Origin: an uncultured archaeon
GTDB taxonomy: Archaea > Asgardarchaeota > Hermodarchaeia > Hermodarchaeales > Hermodarchaeaceae
Length of the DNA stretch: 64,000 nt
NCBI GenBank assembly: GCA_964347045.1
Contig: CAYFXC010000004.1
Coordinates: forward strand, 32,001-96,000
Direction of reading: 5' to 3'
Position numbers and translations under genes: made by a program. A model generated the notes under the pieces. That model was not told the origin of the DNA. It did not search any database and saw only the letters and a program-made list of their open reading frames with translations. Shown here one piece after another: positions 37,348 through 46,217 of this stretch (within the stretch, counting starts at the first letter, position 1; every line of letters begins with the position of its first letter).

Positions 37348-38838
37348 TTAAGGATTTAGAAATCGAGGAATTTCACTTATTAAATGACGAGTTTGATTGC
37401 CTGTATCTCGGTCACGAATAGTTGCAGTTTCGTCTTCAAGACACTGTGGGTCAATTGTGACTGCTTTTGGTATTCCAATCTCATCTGCTCGGGCATATCG
37501 ACGACCAATCCGTCCACTCGCATCATATAGTACAGCAAGCTTCTGCTGTTTACAGACAGTATATAGGGCAGTAGCTATTTCCTCAAGCGCAGGGCGATTC
37601 AGAAGGGGGAGGATAACAGCATGATATGGAGCGAGTTGAAGAGGGAGCTGGAACCAAGACCATCCACGTGATTCATCCTTTGGACGATAGGTATGTTCTA
37701 AAATTGCATAGATTATACGATCAATACCAAAAGATGGTTCAATGACATGTGGAACTACTTTATTCCCTTCAATGTCAAGACTCAGATCTTTGTTACTCCC
37801 TTGTATATGAGATTGGAGATCATAATCTTGCCGATAGGCATTCCCAATAACTTCTTTCCAGCCAAAGCTTAGGTGAATTTCTAAATCAAAGTTCCCACCA
37901 CTATAATGAGGCGTTTCCTCCGGACGCATATGGCGGAATCGAATGGCAGTCTCAGGAATTCCCAGTAATTTGAAGAATTCTACTTCATCACCGAGAATAC
38001 AGGCCATCCATTGGTTGGGGACATACTTCTTTTCAAATGCGTCTTGAACCGTAAGACGCTTGGAAGAATAGTCAGTGTTTCCTTTTTTCATTGCCTTTTC
38101 TTGTATTTCACGTGTGACAAGATTAAGGGGAACTTTTGCTAATTGCTCATAGAATGGACAGGCATCAAGTTCGGTGGGATTAATGAAATATTCAATTTCC
38201 ATTTGTCCAAATTCACGAACCCGTACGATGCTTTGACGGGGTGATATTTCGTTTCGATATGACCGCCCGATTTGAGCAATCCCGAAGGGTAGCTTTGCCC
38301 GCATAGCAGTTTGGACGCGTTTGAAACCCAGAAAGATGTTTTGAGCTGTTTCGGGGCGAAGAAAAGCTTGACGTCTTTCACCGCCAACAGTTGTCCCAAA
38401 CATTAGCCCAAAACTTTTAACTTCACATAGGAGATCTCCACAGACCGGGCAGCGAATTTTGTTTTCTTGAATTATCGCTTCTAATTCTTTGTTAGACTTT
38501 CCTTCGGCGGGAATCTTTAGCCGTTCTTCGATAAGTTGATCAATTCGTGTCACATGCCCTTTTGGACATTCAGCTGATGGATCAGTAAAATGATCTAAGT
38601 GTCCAGAGGCTTTGAAAACTGGGTTGGGTAGAAGAGTGTTTCCGCTTACCTCGTAAACAATGTCACGTGTTTCAATGAATCGTGTTCGCCAAAGGTTAAT
38701 GAGATTATTTTGGATTCGTGCCCCAATGGGTCCGAAATCATAGAATCCCGCAAGTCCTCCATAGATTTCCGCTGTAGGGTAAATGATTCCGCGACGCAAG
38801 GATACCGTCATTACTTCTTCAAGGAGTGACTTCACCAT
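37348..38838 (-). CDS. glyS: Glycyl-tRNA synthetase (archaeal/eukaryotic alpha2 type)
   Basis: EIYGG, SGHLDHFTDP, LRPETAQ, RNEISPR, REFGQMEIE, VIEPSFG, IGRRYARADEIG. Start at MVKSLL (38838). Confidence 0.95.
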   Translation of the reverse strand: MVKSLLEEVMTVSLRRGIIYPTAEIYGGLAGFYDFGPIGARIQNNLINLWRTRFIETRDIVYEVSGNTLLPNPVFKASGHLDHFTDPSAECPKGHVTRIDQLIEERLKIPAEGKSNKELEAIIQENKIRCPVCGDLLCEVKSFGLMFGTTVGGERRQAFLRPETAQNIFLGFKRVQTAMRAKLPFGIAQIGRSYRNEISPRQSIVRVREFGQMEIEYFINPTELDACPFYEQLAKVPLNLVTREIQEKAMKKGNTDYSSKRLTVQDAFEKKYVPNQWMACILGDEVEFFKLLGIPETAIRFRHMRPEETPHYSGGNFDLEIHLSFGWKEVIGNAYRQDYDLQSHIQGSNKDLSLDIEGNKVVPHVIEPSFGIDRIIYAILEHTYRPKDESRGWSWFQLPLQLAPYHAVILPLLNRPALEEIATALYTVCKQQKLAVLYDASGRIGRRYARADEIGIPKAVTIDPQCLEDETATIRDRDTGNQTRHLISEIPRFLNP

Positions 38839-39040
38839 TGAAAATCCACATCCAACAAGGAGGCATGGCACTATATTAAATTCTGGTGAGTCAATTTTCT
38901 GTTTTATTCCTTTCTGAAAAGGAGCTGATGACTCGAGAGGGTGACGAAACATTTTAAGCAATATGTGGGAGTGGTTAATTACCGCTCAGAGAAACGTAGT
39001 TGCTACGTTTGCTCATTTGTGGGAAAGGTGTAATTCCGAA

Positions 39041-39745
39041 ATGTCACAGGAAGAATTTGACGAAATGTACTGGAACGGCGTCCGTGACGCTTTGCGCATG
39101 TCTCAAACGTTCCTCTTTTGGAAAGAAAAAAATCCGAACGAGGATCGCACGATTGAGACTTTTGTCAGCGAAGCCCTTGAAGCGGTACGTCAAAAATCCG
39201 CTCCACAATTGAAAAAGATGCTCGGGATAACTTTTGGTGAAGACGAAGCAGCAGTGGATGAAATGCTACCCGGCCTTCAAGAGATTGAAGCAGTAAAGGT
39301 AGCTCCTGAACCGGAGCCCGAGCTGGTTCCTGAGCCTATTCTAGAGCCTGAGGCGGTACCACCGCCTGTCCCTCCGGTTCCTGAACCTGAAGCGGCCCCT
39401 GAACTCATCCCTGAACCAACGCTCATTGAAGCGCCACCTGAGCCTGAAGTCTTTCTTGCAGAAGAACCCGAACCAGAGCCAGCCCCGGCACCAACACGAA
39501 CTTTTGACTTTGGCGAACCCGAACCAGAGCCAGCCCCGGCACCAACCTTTGAACCAGCACCTGAGTTTGAACCCGCTCCAGAACCAGCATTAGAACCCGC
39601 TCCAGAACCCGCTCCAGAACCCGCTCCAGAACCCGCTCCAGAACCAGCATTAGAACCAGCCCCAGCCCCTACTGAACCCACAGCTGCTGAAGAAACGGAA
39701 GAGAGCGATGAAGAAGAACCTAAACGACGAACTTTCTTCTTCTAA
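39041..39745 (+). CDS. Protein with small helical N-domain and long Pro/Glu low-complexity tail
   Basis: ATG 39041 after AGGTG; YWNGVRDALRM helix; EPAP repeats; ends EEEPKRRTFFF. Confidence 0.75.
   Translation: MSQEEFDEMYWNGVRDALRMSQTFLFWKEKNPNEDRTIETFVSEALEAVRQKSAPQLKKMLGITFGEDEAAVDEMLPGLQEIEAVKVAPEPEPELVPEPILEPEAVPPPVPPVPEPEAAPELIPEPTLIEAPPEPEVFLAEEPEPEPAPAPTRTFDFGEPEPEPAPAPTFEPAPEFEPAPEPALEPAPEPAPEPAPEPAPEPALEPAPAPTEPTAAEETEESDEEEPKRRTFFF
39464..39546 (+). repeat. 32-bp direct repeat (two exact copies)
   Basis: gaacccgaaccagagccagccccggcaccaac at 39464-39495 and 39515-39546. Confidence 0.9.
39569..39664 (+). repeat. Coding 12-bp tandem repeat, 8 units (EPAP/EPAL)
   Basis: gaacccgctcca x5, gaaccagcatta x2, gaaccagcccca x1. 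Confidence 0.9.
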
Positions 39746-39790
39746 ACTAAAACTAGACTTTCCAAACGTCATTCACCCTCTGAGAGGAGG

Positions 39791-40177
39791 TTAGGTTGAT
39801 CGGAATAGGCGTGAGAGATGTTTGGTTGCCTGCTCAACTAATAAAAGCATGGCGCCTAAATGCTGTTTTTTGAAAACCGCCACCATCACCATATCATCGT
39901 TGATTCCTCGTAAGATTAAACTCCCTGCTTGTGTATCCAAAATTATTCTTGCGGGCGTCAATGTGAATAACTTATCCGACAAGTCAACTGCTACATTAAG
40001 TAATGTTGCTAAACTTGCTGAGAGCAGGGTTTCATCCACGTGTGCTCGAATCCGTGCTGTTACCGGTAATCCCGTCTTCATTAACAAGACTACTGCCACA
40101 AGCCCCCCAGCTCGTTCATCAAAATCCTCTAATACCTTATCTACATCGGCCATTAACTGTTCTGCATCACTCGACAA
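39791..40177 (-). CDS. Roadblock/LC7 (MglB-like) domain protein
   Basis: VAVVLLMKTGLPV...DETLLSASLATLL...RIILDTQAGSLIL...HLGAMLL. TTG 40177 follows a GGGGTG SD. Confidence 0.85.
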   Translation of the reverse strand: MSSDAEQLMADVDKVLEDFDERAGGLVAVVLLMKTGLPVTARIRAHVDETLLSASLATLLNVAVDLSDKLFTLTPARIILDTQAGSLILRGINDDMVMVAVFKKQHLGAMLLLVEQATKHLSRLFRST

Positions 40178-40323
40178 ACAAACACCCCTAAATAAACTAA
40201 CCACGCAAACTAAGAAAATAACCGTGTTTAAGAGTTTGGGCAACTCCCAAACACAACTCAACATAGCACAAGAAGAACCATCGATGAGACATTCGATCCT
40301 AATTACGCGCAAAACGCAAGCCG

Positions 40324-40641
40324 CTATTGAATCGCCGCGAGTTCTTTCTTAATTTCCTCTCGAGGCCAAATACCTATGTGTGTTTGAACCGGCTCACCAT
40401 TCTTAAACAAAATTAATGTAGGGATTGCACGAACCTGATATTTCATCGAGGTCTCTGGCGCCTGATCTGCATCAATCTTTGCAATCCGCACTCTACTCGT
40501 ATCCAATTCCTTCTCCAAATCCTCTAAAATCTGGGCCTGCATTTTACATGGACCACACCAGATCGTGTAGATATCTAGGAGTACGACTTCATGTTCCTTA
40601 AGAAATGCATCAATAGTTGTATCGGTAAGTTCTTCAACCAT
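40324..40641 (-). CDS. trxA: Thioredoxin
   Basis: WCGPC, KIDAD, VRAIPTLILFKNG. Confidence 0.95.
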   Translation of the reverse strand: MVEELTDTTIDAFLKEHEVVLLDIYTIWCGPCKMQAQILEDLEKELDTSRVRIAKIDADQAPETSMKYQVRAIPTLILFKNGEPVQTHIGIWPREEIKKELAAIQ

Positions 40642-40762
40642 TTCTATACCTCGTTATTGAATGGGACTACGGTTTTCCGTTTTATGGTTTACTCTTTTGT
40701 TGTTTTTTATATCGACCTTCCTTAATTTCACTTGTCTTAGATTTTTCGAAATCTCGTATCCT

Positions 40763-41281
40763 TTAAGCATTTTCGAGGAGTGTTGCGATGTTGAGTCCTT
40801 TGCCGATATCGCCGAGGTATCTGATAAAGCTGGCTAAGAGCTGATTAAGGCCGAGACCGCGATGAGCTTGAGTGGGAAAAACGGGGGCGCGGATGTTCAA
40901 TAGTGTCTCGATGTGTTTAGGGTGTATTGCGCCAGGGAGATCCTGTTTGTTTGCCGCGACAGCGACGGGGGGTGGATGGGAACCAAAGATTTCACGAAGG
41001 TACCGTTCTCCTTGAATGATGGTATGAGGATTAGCACTATCAACAACAAGAATGACACCGTCCGTGCCACCAGAAAGGGCTTTACGAACGAGCCCAAATT
41101 GTTGTAGACCTGGGCTACCGAAGAGATGAGCTTTGACATTTTGATATTCAAGGGTGCCGAAATCAAGGCAGACTGTGCAGCCATTGACATCGGTGGATAC
41201 GGTGTGATTGGTAACCCTCTTAATGAGTGTAGTTTTGCCGACGCCTTGAGGTCCAATGACAAGGATCTTGAGATGCCGCAC
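40763..41281 (-). CDS. Small GTPase (MglA/Arf-like, roadblock-associated type)
   Basis: G1 GPQGVGKTT, G2 CTVCLDFG, G3 FGSPGL, LVVDS, G4 NKQD, G5 TQA. Confidence 0.88.
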   Translation of the reverse strand: MRHLKILVIGPQGVGKTTLIKRVTNHTVSTDVNGCTVCLDFGTLEYQNVKAHLFGSPGLQQFGLVRKALSGGTDGVILVVDSANPHTIIQGERYLREIFGSHPPPVAVAANKQDLPGAIHPKHIETLLNIRAPVFPTQAHRGLGLNQLLASFIRYLGDIGKGLNIATLLENA

Positions 41282-41648
41282 AATGCCTACCTCGATGGTT
41301 AAGCCGTTGGTTACGTGGTCTTAAGCCTTAAGGTTTGCGTTCTCTCCCCCATTTAGAGCTCTTTTAAAGATGTGATATAGAATAGGGGTCGCTGGAAATC
41401 CGCGCGGAAACCACAATGGCTTGGTGCTGTGGAGGGATGTTGGGGTGGAGAAATTTAAACAGTTCATTCGAGGAGGAGGGGAGGGAAATATTGGGATAGG
41501 AGGGAGTTCCAAGTTCCTCAACATCCTATCTCCGCGATTTTACGTAATTGGGATTTTTGTCGGCTCTTTATTATTAAGCCTTATGGCTGTTGTGCTATCA
41601 TAGCCTTGGAGAAGGAGAAAAACGAGAAATTTGTTGGATTCAGGCTAT

Positions 41649-41978
41649 CTATTCTTCAACGTAAACAACGGTGACATATTCGATTACTGCAAACCGGTCT
41701 TTGCTGCGAGAAATAAGTTTGAGATCATCACGCAGTGCGTTAAGGTGGAGGAACCGTTTGATATAGGTGCGGAGATGCTTTTTACTAGGATGATGGGCTG
41801 TATCACTGCGCACATAGACCTCATTATCAGCCACGGTGACTGTTACATTTTTGGCGAGTTTTTCGGTAAGGAAGTTTACCATGGCAGTTCCAAGTTCACC
41901 ACCATGATTGAGCATGTCATTGATTTCGATTGTAATGAAAGTCTTTCCTGGTTCTGGTTCAGATGTTGATGTTGACAT
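41649..41978 (-). CDS. rpl22e: Ribosomal protein eL22 (L22e)-like
   Basis: SKKHLRTYIKRFLHLNALRDDLKLISRSKDRF aligns by eye with eukaryotic [32 protein letters not shown]. Confidence 0.75.
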   Translation of the reverse strand: MSTSTSEPEPGKTFITIEINDMLNHGGELGTAMVNFLTEKLAKNVTVTVADNEVYVRSDTAHHPSKKHLRTYIKRFLHLNALRDDLKLISRSKDRFAVIEYVTVVYVEE

Positions 41979-42044
41979 AGTGTAAGTCCCTCATTAGGTT
42001 GAGTATTGTCCTTACCAAAAGTAAGTCCTTTAAAAATTCTATGC

Positions 42045-42593
42045 TTAGTCACGATGGTCATTTTCTGATTCTATTGAATTTGAAGAAATTAATAGTGGTG
42101 GAGGATTTTCCTCTTGGAGTGCATGGCGTTTTTCCCGCCAGCGAATGAGCCGAGGGGCAAGAGCCCCAAAGCCAAGGGTATAACCCGCATAAAGAATGGG
42201 AACAAGAAGAATGTAAAAAAGACTCATGGAAGACAGCACATAACCTACTGAATAGCCAAGAAGAAAACCGGTTAGAGCACGAACTGGGTTGCGGCTTTCT
42301 CGCATTTGCAAGGTTTGCGTGGACCAATCAAAAACGGCAGGGAGGCTGAGAACAAATGCACCCAAGAACGTTATTGGGTTGATGGAGATAAATATGATGA
42401 ACGTATGTAAGTAAAGTGCGAAAATTACTCCGACTAAGAGTGCAGAACACCGAGCGCAAATATGAAGTGTATGGCCGCGGAACGAGATAGACCAGGTGCG
42501 ATGCATGTAAGGAGGATCGTGATGACTGATGAGCAAATGGAGAGTATCAAGAATTCGTCGTTTCCGCGATTTTTTGGGAGGTTGTTCTGTCAC
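42045..42593 (-). CDS. DUF2085-like membrane protein
   Basis: HICARCSALLVG, LPAVFDWSTQ, RESRNPVRALTGFLLG. Confidence 0.8.
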   Translation of the reverse strand: MTEQPPKKSRKRRILDTLHLLISHHDPPYMHRTWSISFRGHTLHICARCSALLVGVIFALYLHTFIIFISINPITFLGAFVLSLPAVFDWSTQTLQMRESRNPVRALTGFLLGYSVGYVLSSMSLFYILLVPILYAGYTLGFGALAPRLIRWREKRHALQEENPPPLLISSNSIESENDHRD

Positions 42594-43071
42594 GATAACA
42601 CCAGCAATTCTTGGCAGTACCCTGGTTTCTATTGATTAAAAACTCATTACTCAACCTAGAGTTTCTCGCAGCGGGAACCACATGTACTCATTTAGGTATA
42701 CAAATTGCCTTCTACTACCCTTCTCGCCACAGTTTTTGGTATTTTGTTGAACGATAAGAAGTTGTTAGTCTGTGAGACGCCAATACGGCTTCATAAGATG
42801 CAAAGGCGAATGGTGCCCGTAAATCATAATCGCCTTGTCGACAGAACTTAGTTTATCCAGTGCTAACGATGCTAACGTTAATCAAAGGATACACCTAAAA
42901 TTTGTGAGATACTTTGGCAATGATGAAGCTATGAAGCAACAAACAATTGTGTCATCAATCTTATTTGATACAATAATTGAGAGCAAATGATTTACTAGTA
43001 ATGATTCTAAATAACAGAACAAGTTTAAAGGAAGAAGAATCTGTTGGAGAGCCTATAAGGAAGGAAGGAAG

Positions 43072-44361
43072 ATGTCTAAAAATAGGAAACAGTCTAGAAC
43101 TCTCCGAAGCTGGTTGATTCTAACTACAACAATTATTGGCATCAGTGTATTTACCATCGGGTTGTTTTTTAGCATGCTAGTTATGTTCATTGGAGTGATA
43201 ATTATTAGTGTGGCTTTTTTTGTGTGGTTACAAGGGATAATTGGTCAAGCAAAACGAAAGAGAATTGGACGATTAAGATTTGATCTGTTAACGAAGAATA
43301 TCAATCCCTATGATGCTCTGGAAGTGATGATTGATTATAAAGAGGCTGATGTTGGTCGACAAGAACTGAATAGGGAACAAATTCGAGAGGCAGCGACAGT
43401 ATTACAAAGTAATCGAGAACGAGATCAGAGAACAGCAACATTACGATTACTTATGGCTGGTCCTCGAAGTGTTCCTTACATTAGAGCTAGTCTCCATAGT
43501 ATGGATGCAGAAGATATTGAAAAAAGCCTGGTAACACTACGATTTTTTGGGGAAGATGCTTCCTCAGTTGTTGAACCAGTTACAGAACTTTTGAGCAATG
43601 AGCTAGCTGAAATAAGAGGTCATTCTGCCCTTCTTCTCGGAAGAATTGGTTCGGCTGCAAACCCCGCTGTCCCAATGCTAATTTCGCTTCTCCAAGATTC
43701 TGATCCATCAGTGGCTCGTGATGCAGCACTAGCCATAGGCATGATTGGTTTTAAATCCGAAGAAGCCATAAAGGGATTAAAATCCGCACAAGAACGAGAT
43801 GATCCACAACTCCAACTTTTTAGCAAGATTGGTTTGGTAAAACTAGGCGAATATTCTGAGGAGATTGTTGATGACTTGATTAAAGCCGTTAACGACCGAG
43901 ATCCGATGAACGTTATTTTTGCCATACAAACATTAGGAGAACTAGGTAATGCCGCGAAGAAAGCTGAACCAATTCTCCTTCGGTTAGCAACTCATCGTCA
44001 TCCAGCATTACGTTTAGTTGTAGCTCAAGCGCTGCATAGAATTAAATCAGCACCTGCCCCAATCGCCGAGGCATTAGTTCGAAATTTACCCCTGCGAAAA
44101 GCGGAACCATTTATTCGACGAGACAGTTTCAATCTTTTACAGCAGGTCATTAAGGATGTTCCAGAAGTTATTCCAATTCTGACTAAACAACTATCAAATC
44201 GTGATCCAGTGACAAGAATAATGGCAGCCAGACTTTTGGGGGAATTCGGAGAGGAAGCGAAGGAAGCTGCATCTGCTCTTGTGAAAATGATGGAAGATCC
44301 TCTAATGACCTGTCAATACCATGCCCGTCAAGCCCTAGAAAAAATTTCACCAAGCAGTTAG
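43072..44361 (+). CDS. Membrane-anchored HEAT/PBS-lyase repeat protein
   Basis: Two N-terminal TM helices; repeats such as VARDAALAIGMIG, TRIMAARLLGEFG, AVPMLISLLQD. Confidence 0.8.
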   Translation: MSKNRKQSRTLRSWLILTTTIIGISVFTIGLFFSMLVMFIGVIIISVAFFVWLQGIIGQAKRKRIGRLRFDLLTKNINPYDALEVMIDYKEADVGRQELNREQIREAATVLQSNRERDQRTATLRLLMAGPRSVPYIRASLHSMDAEDIEKSLVTLRFFGEDASSVVEPVTELLSNELAEIRGHSALLLGRIGSAANPAVPMLISLLQDSDPSVARDAALAIGMIGFKSEEAIKGLKSAQERDDPQLQLFSKIGLVKLGEYSEEIVDDLIKAVNDRDPMNVIFAIQTLGELGNAAKKAEPILLRLATHRHPALRLVVAQALHRIKSAPAPIAEALVRNLPLRKAEPFIRRDSFNLLQQVIKDVPEVIPILTKQLSNRDPVTRIMAARLLGEFGEEAKEAASALVKMMEDPLMTCQYHARQALEKISPSS

Positions 44362-44401
44362 AGTAATTGATTTGACTGGGTAATTTGAAAAATAGATTCG
44401 A

Positions 44402-44432
44402 CAAGCAGTTTGCAGTTTTTGCAAACTGCTTG
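44402..44432. terminator. Perfect 13-bp inverted repeat between convergent genes
   Basis: caagcagtttgca-gtttt-tgcaaactgcttg. Confidence 0.6.
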
Positions 44433-44470
44433 ATAGTAAATAGTTGAATTGAATATAGGGATTCAGTGGG

Positions 44471-45790
44471 TTAACAACCATCCCATCCGAATTCGGGTTG
44501 GATTTCTGTGGTGAAACCCTCTACACGAGGATTGAGATATGTACCCCATTTATCAATAGCGAGTTGAAGTTCCTTCATATTCTTTGGAATATCCTCGAAA
44601 TTGCCATTTTGCATATATAGATCAACTGCTTGGCGCATTGCTTTTGCTCCATCAATAGAACCATTAGGATGGGCGTGTACGCCACCACCCGCTCCTAGAA
44701 TGATATCAGTTCCAAGTTCATGTAGGTTCACTGGGATCATTCCTGGGTAAACGCCACCTCCAACGATAGGCCAATTAGTTTTGATATGATAGAATGGTGC
44801 ACGAGAGTTAAGAGCAGAAGTTATTTCATCGAAGTAGGGCATGAATAGTTTGCCGTGGCTTGTAGGAAGGATATACATATCGCCTCCACATAACCGAACA
44901 AATTTTGCGATGGTAGGATAATTGAAACCGTGGAAGCCACGATACCACATACCTGCACCAGCAGGATGAGCAAGAATTGGTACCTTCACTGAAGGAGCCT
45001 CTGCGACATCACGAAGTATGGTAAATCCTGTAGCAAGAAAATTTATGTGAAGGGCATTAGCGCCCATTTCCACCATTTTTTCTGCATTTTCTAAGGTGCG
45101 GTGACCATCATCAGAAATATTGATTGTATAAAGTGTCTTTTCACCAGTTTCCGATTCGGCTTTATCTAGCGCTTCCATTACGGCAGTGAGTCGATCTTCT
45201 AGAAGACAGTTACAGGGTGATTCCATGAGCTCATCGTCCTTGATAATATCAATTCCTCCAAGAGCGCTTTCATAGCATTGCTCAGCAAAGACCTTAGCTT
45301 CCAGACCCACACAGGGTTTTATCATTGTTAGTGTCAAGGGTCGTTCTTTGGCTTTGAGTAGTTCACGAACTCCTTCAACGCCAAATTTTGGTCCTTTGAA
45401 GGGGGCTGTGAATGATTTAGGAAATTGGACATCAAGGATTCGGACGGCTGTGTTCTTAACATAGAAGATATTCCCAGCTATAGCGGCCATAAGCTGGGCT
45501 ACTGAGGGGAGAAAGTTCGCCATCGGAAAACCGATTTGGGCGATGATATTAGTGTAATTTGGTCCTGGCGTTCGATAGAAACCCAATGTCTTGCCAAGAA
45601 ATTGCCGACGGACCTCATCGGTCTCACGGGGTACACGAATCCATGTACCGGTTGTTTGTTCGATAGACAGACCTTCAACAATGTGTAGTAAGTCAGTCTC
45701 TTGTGTTCGAATATGGAAGGTCGTGATAACATAATCTTCGAGATCAATACCTTCTCGAGTTGCTAATCCTTCAGGTTCATATTTGGGCAT
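44471..45790 (-). CDS. RuBisCO-like protein (form IV)
   Basis: EQTTGTW, IAGN, IKPCVGL, GGIDIIKDDE, AHPAGAG, HGKL, GGGVHAHP; several carboxylase residues are substituted. Confidence 0.9.
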   Translation of the reverse strand: MPKYEPEGLATREGIDLEDYVITTFHIRTQETDLLHIVEGLSIEQTTGTWIRVPRETDEVRRQFLGKTLGFYRTPGPNYTNIIAQIGFPMANFLPSVAQLMAAIAGNIFYVKNTAVRILDVQFPKSFTAPFKGPKFGVEGVRELLKAKERPLTLTMIKPCVGLEAKVFAEQCYESALGGIDIIKDDELMESPCNCLLEDRLTAVMEALDKAESETGEKTLYTINISDDGHRTLENAEKMVEMGANALHINFLATGFTILRDVAEAPSVKVPILAHPAGAGMWYRGFHGFNYPTIAKFVRLCGGDMYILPTSHGKLFMPYFDEITSALNSRAPFYHIKTNWPIVGGGVYPGMIPVNLHELGTDIILGAGGGVHAHPNGSIDGAKAMRQAVDLYMQNGNFEDIPKNMKELQLAIDKWGTYLNPRVEGFTTEIQPEFGWDGC

Positions 45791-45952
45791 ATGGGATTAA
45801 ACCCCCGGTGGTTGGTATGAGAAATCTGGAAGTTCATAAAGTTTTTTGAAATTTTAACTAGAGCCTATGATACAAATCAACTTTTAAAAAAATCATAGAT
45901 TGTTTTAAATAGACCATAGACCACATCGCTACAGAAAGGTGGAGGCAGACAG

Positions 45953-46201
45953 ATGGCGAAATCATTTAAAAAAGAAAAGAAAGAAACAGCGCATTTACAG
46001 GTTCCGAAACATTCTCATTGTGAGCTATGTGGTGCACCAGTCCGTTATGGGATGGAGTATTGTAATGCGGAGCACAAAAAATTGTTTGCCAAGAATGCTA
46101 GAAATGAACGGCTGAAAAATGCGATTCCGGTAATTTTTGTAATCATTATTGCCGCAGCATCACTTATAATTTCAATAATGATGTTTGCCCCACCCCCCTG
46201 A
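45953..46201 (+). CDS. DUF2116-like Zn-ribbon membrane protein
   Basis: PKHSHCELCG...YC followed by a C-terminal TM; GGAGG SD. Confidence 0.75.
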   Translation: MAKSFKKEKKETAHLQVPKHSHCELCGAPVRYGMEYCNAEHKKLFAKNARNERLKNAIPVIFVIIIAAASLIISIMMFAPPP

Positions 46202-46217
46202 TAAGGATTAAAAGGAT

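Noticed and set aside
39464-39664. Possible CRISPR array
   Set aside because: Repeats are in-frame coding units without a series of unique spacers; no cas genes
39277-39681. Gly/Ser/Ala-repeat ORF (silk-like) and VLER-repeat ORF on the minus strand
   Set aside because: Antisense shadows of the EPAP coding repeat; the + strand gene has an SD and a folded N-domain
39822-40352. Long antisense ORFs (also 48925-49455, 32187-32615 and many 60-130 aa ORFs)
   Set aside because: They overlap well-supported genes on the opposite strand or in another frame and lack motifs
42600-43070. Possible small gene or ncRNA in a 470-bp gap
   Set aside because: Only short ORFs and a trivial tgctaacg duplication; nothing supportable
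44471-45790. Bona fide form III RuBisCO
   Set aside because: Equivalents of K177, R295, H327 and S379 are substituted
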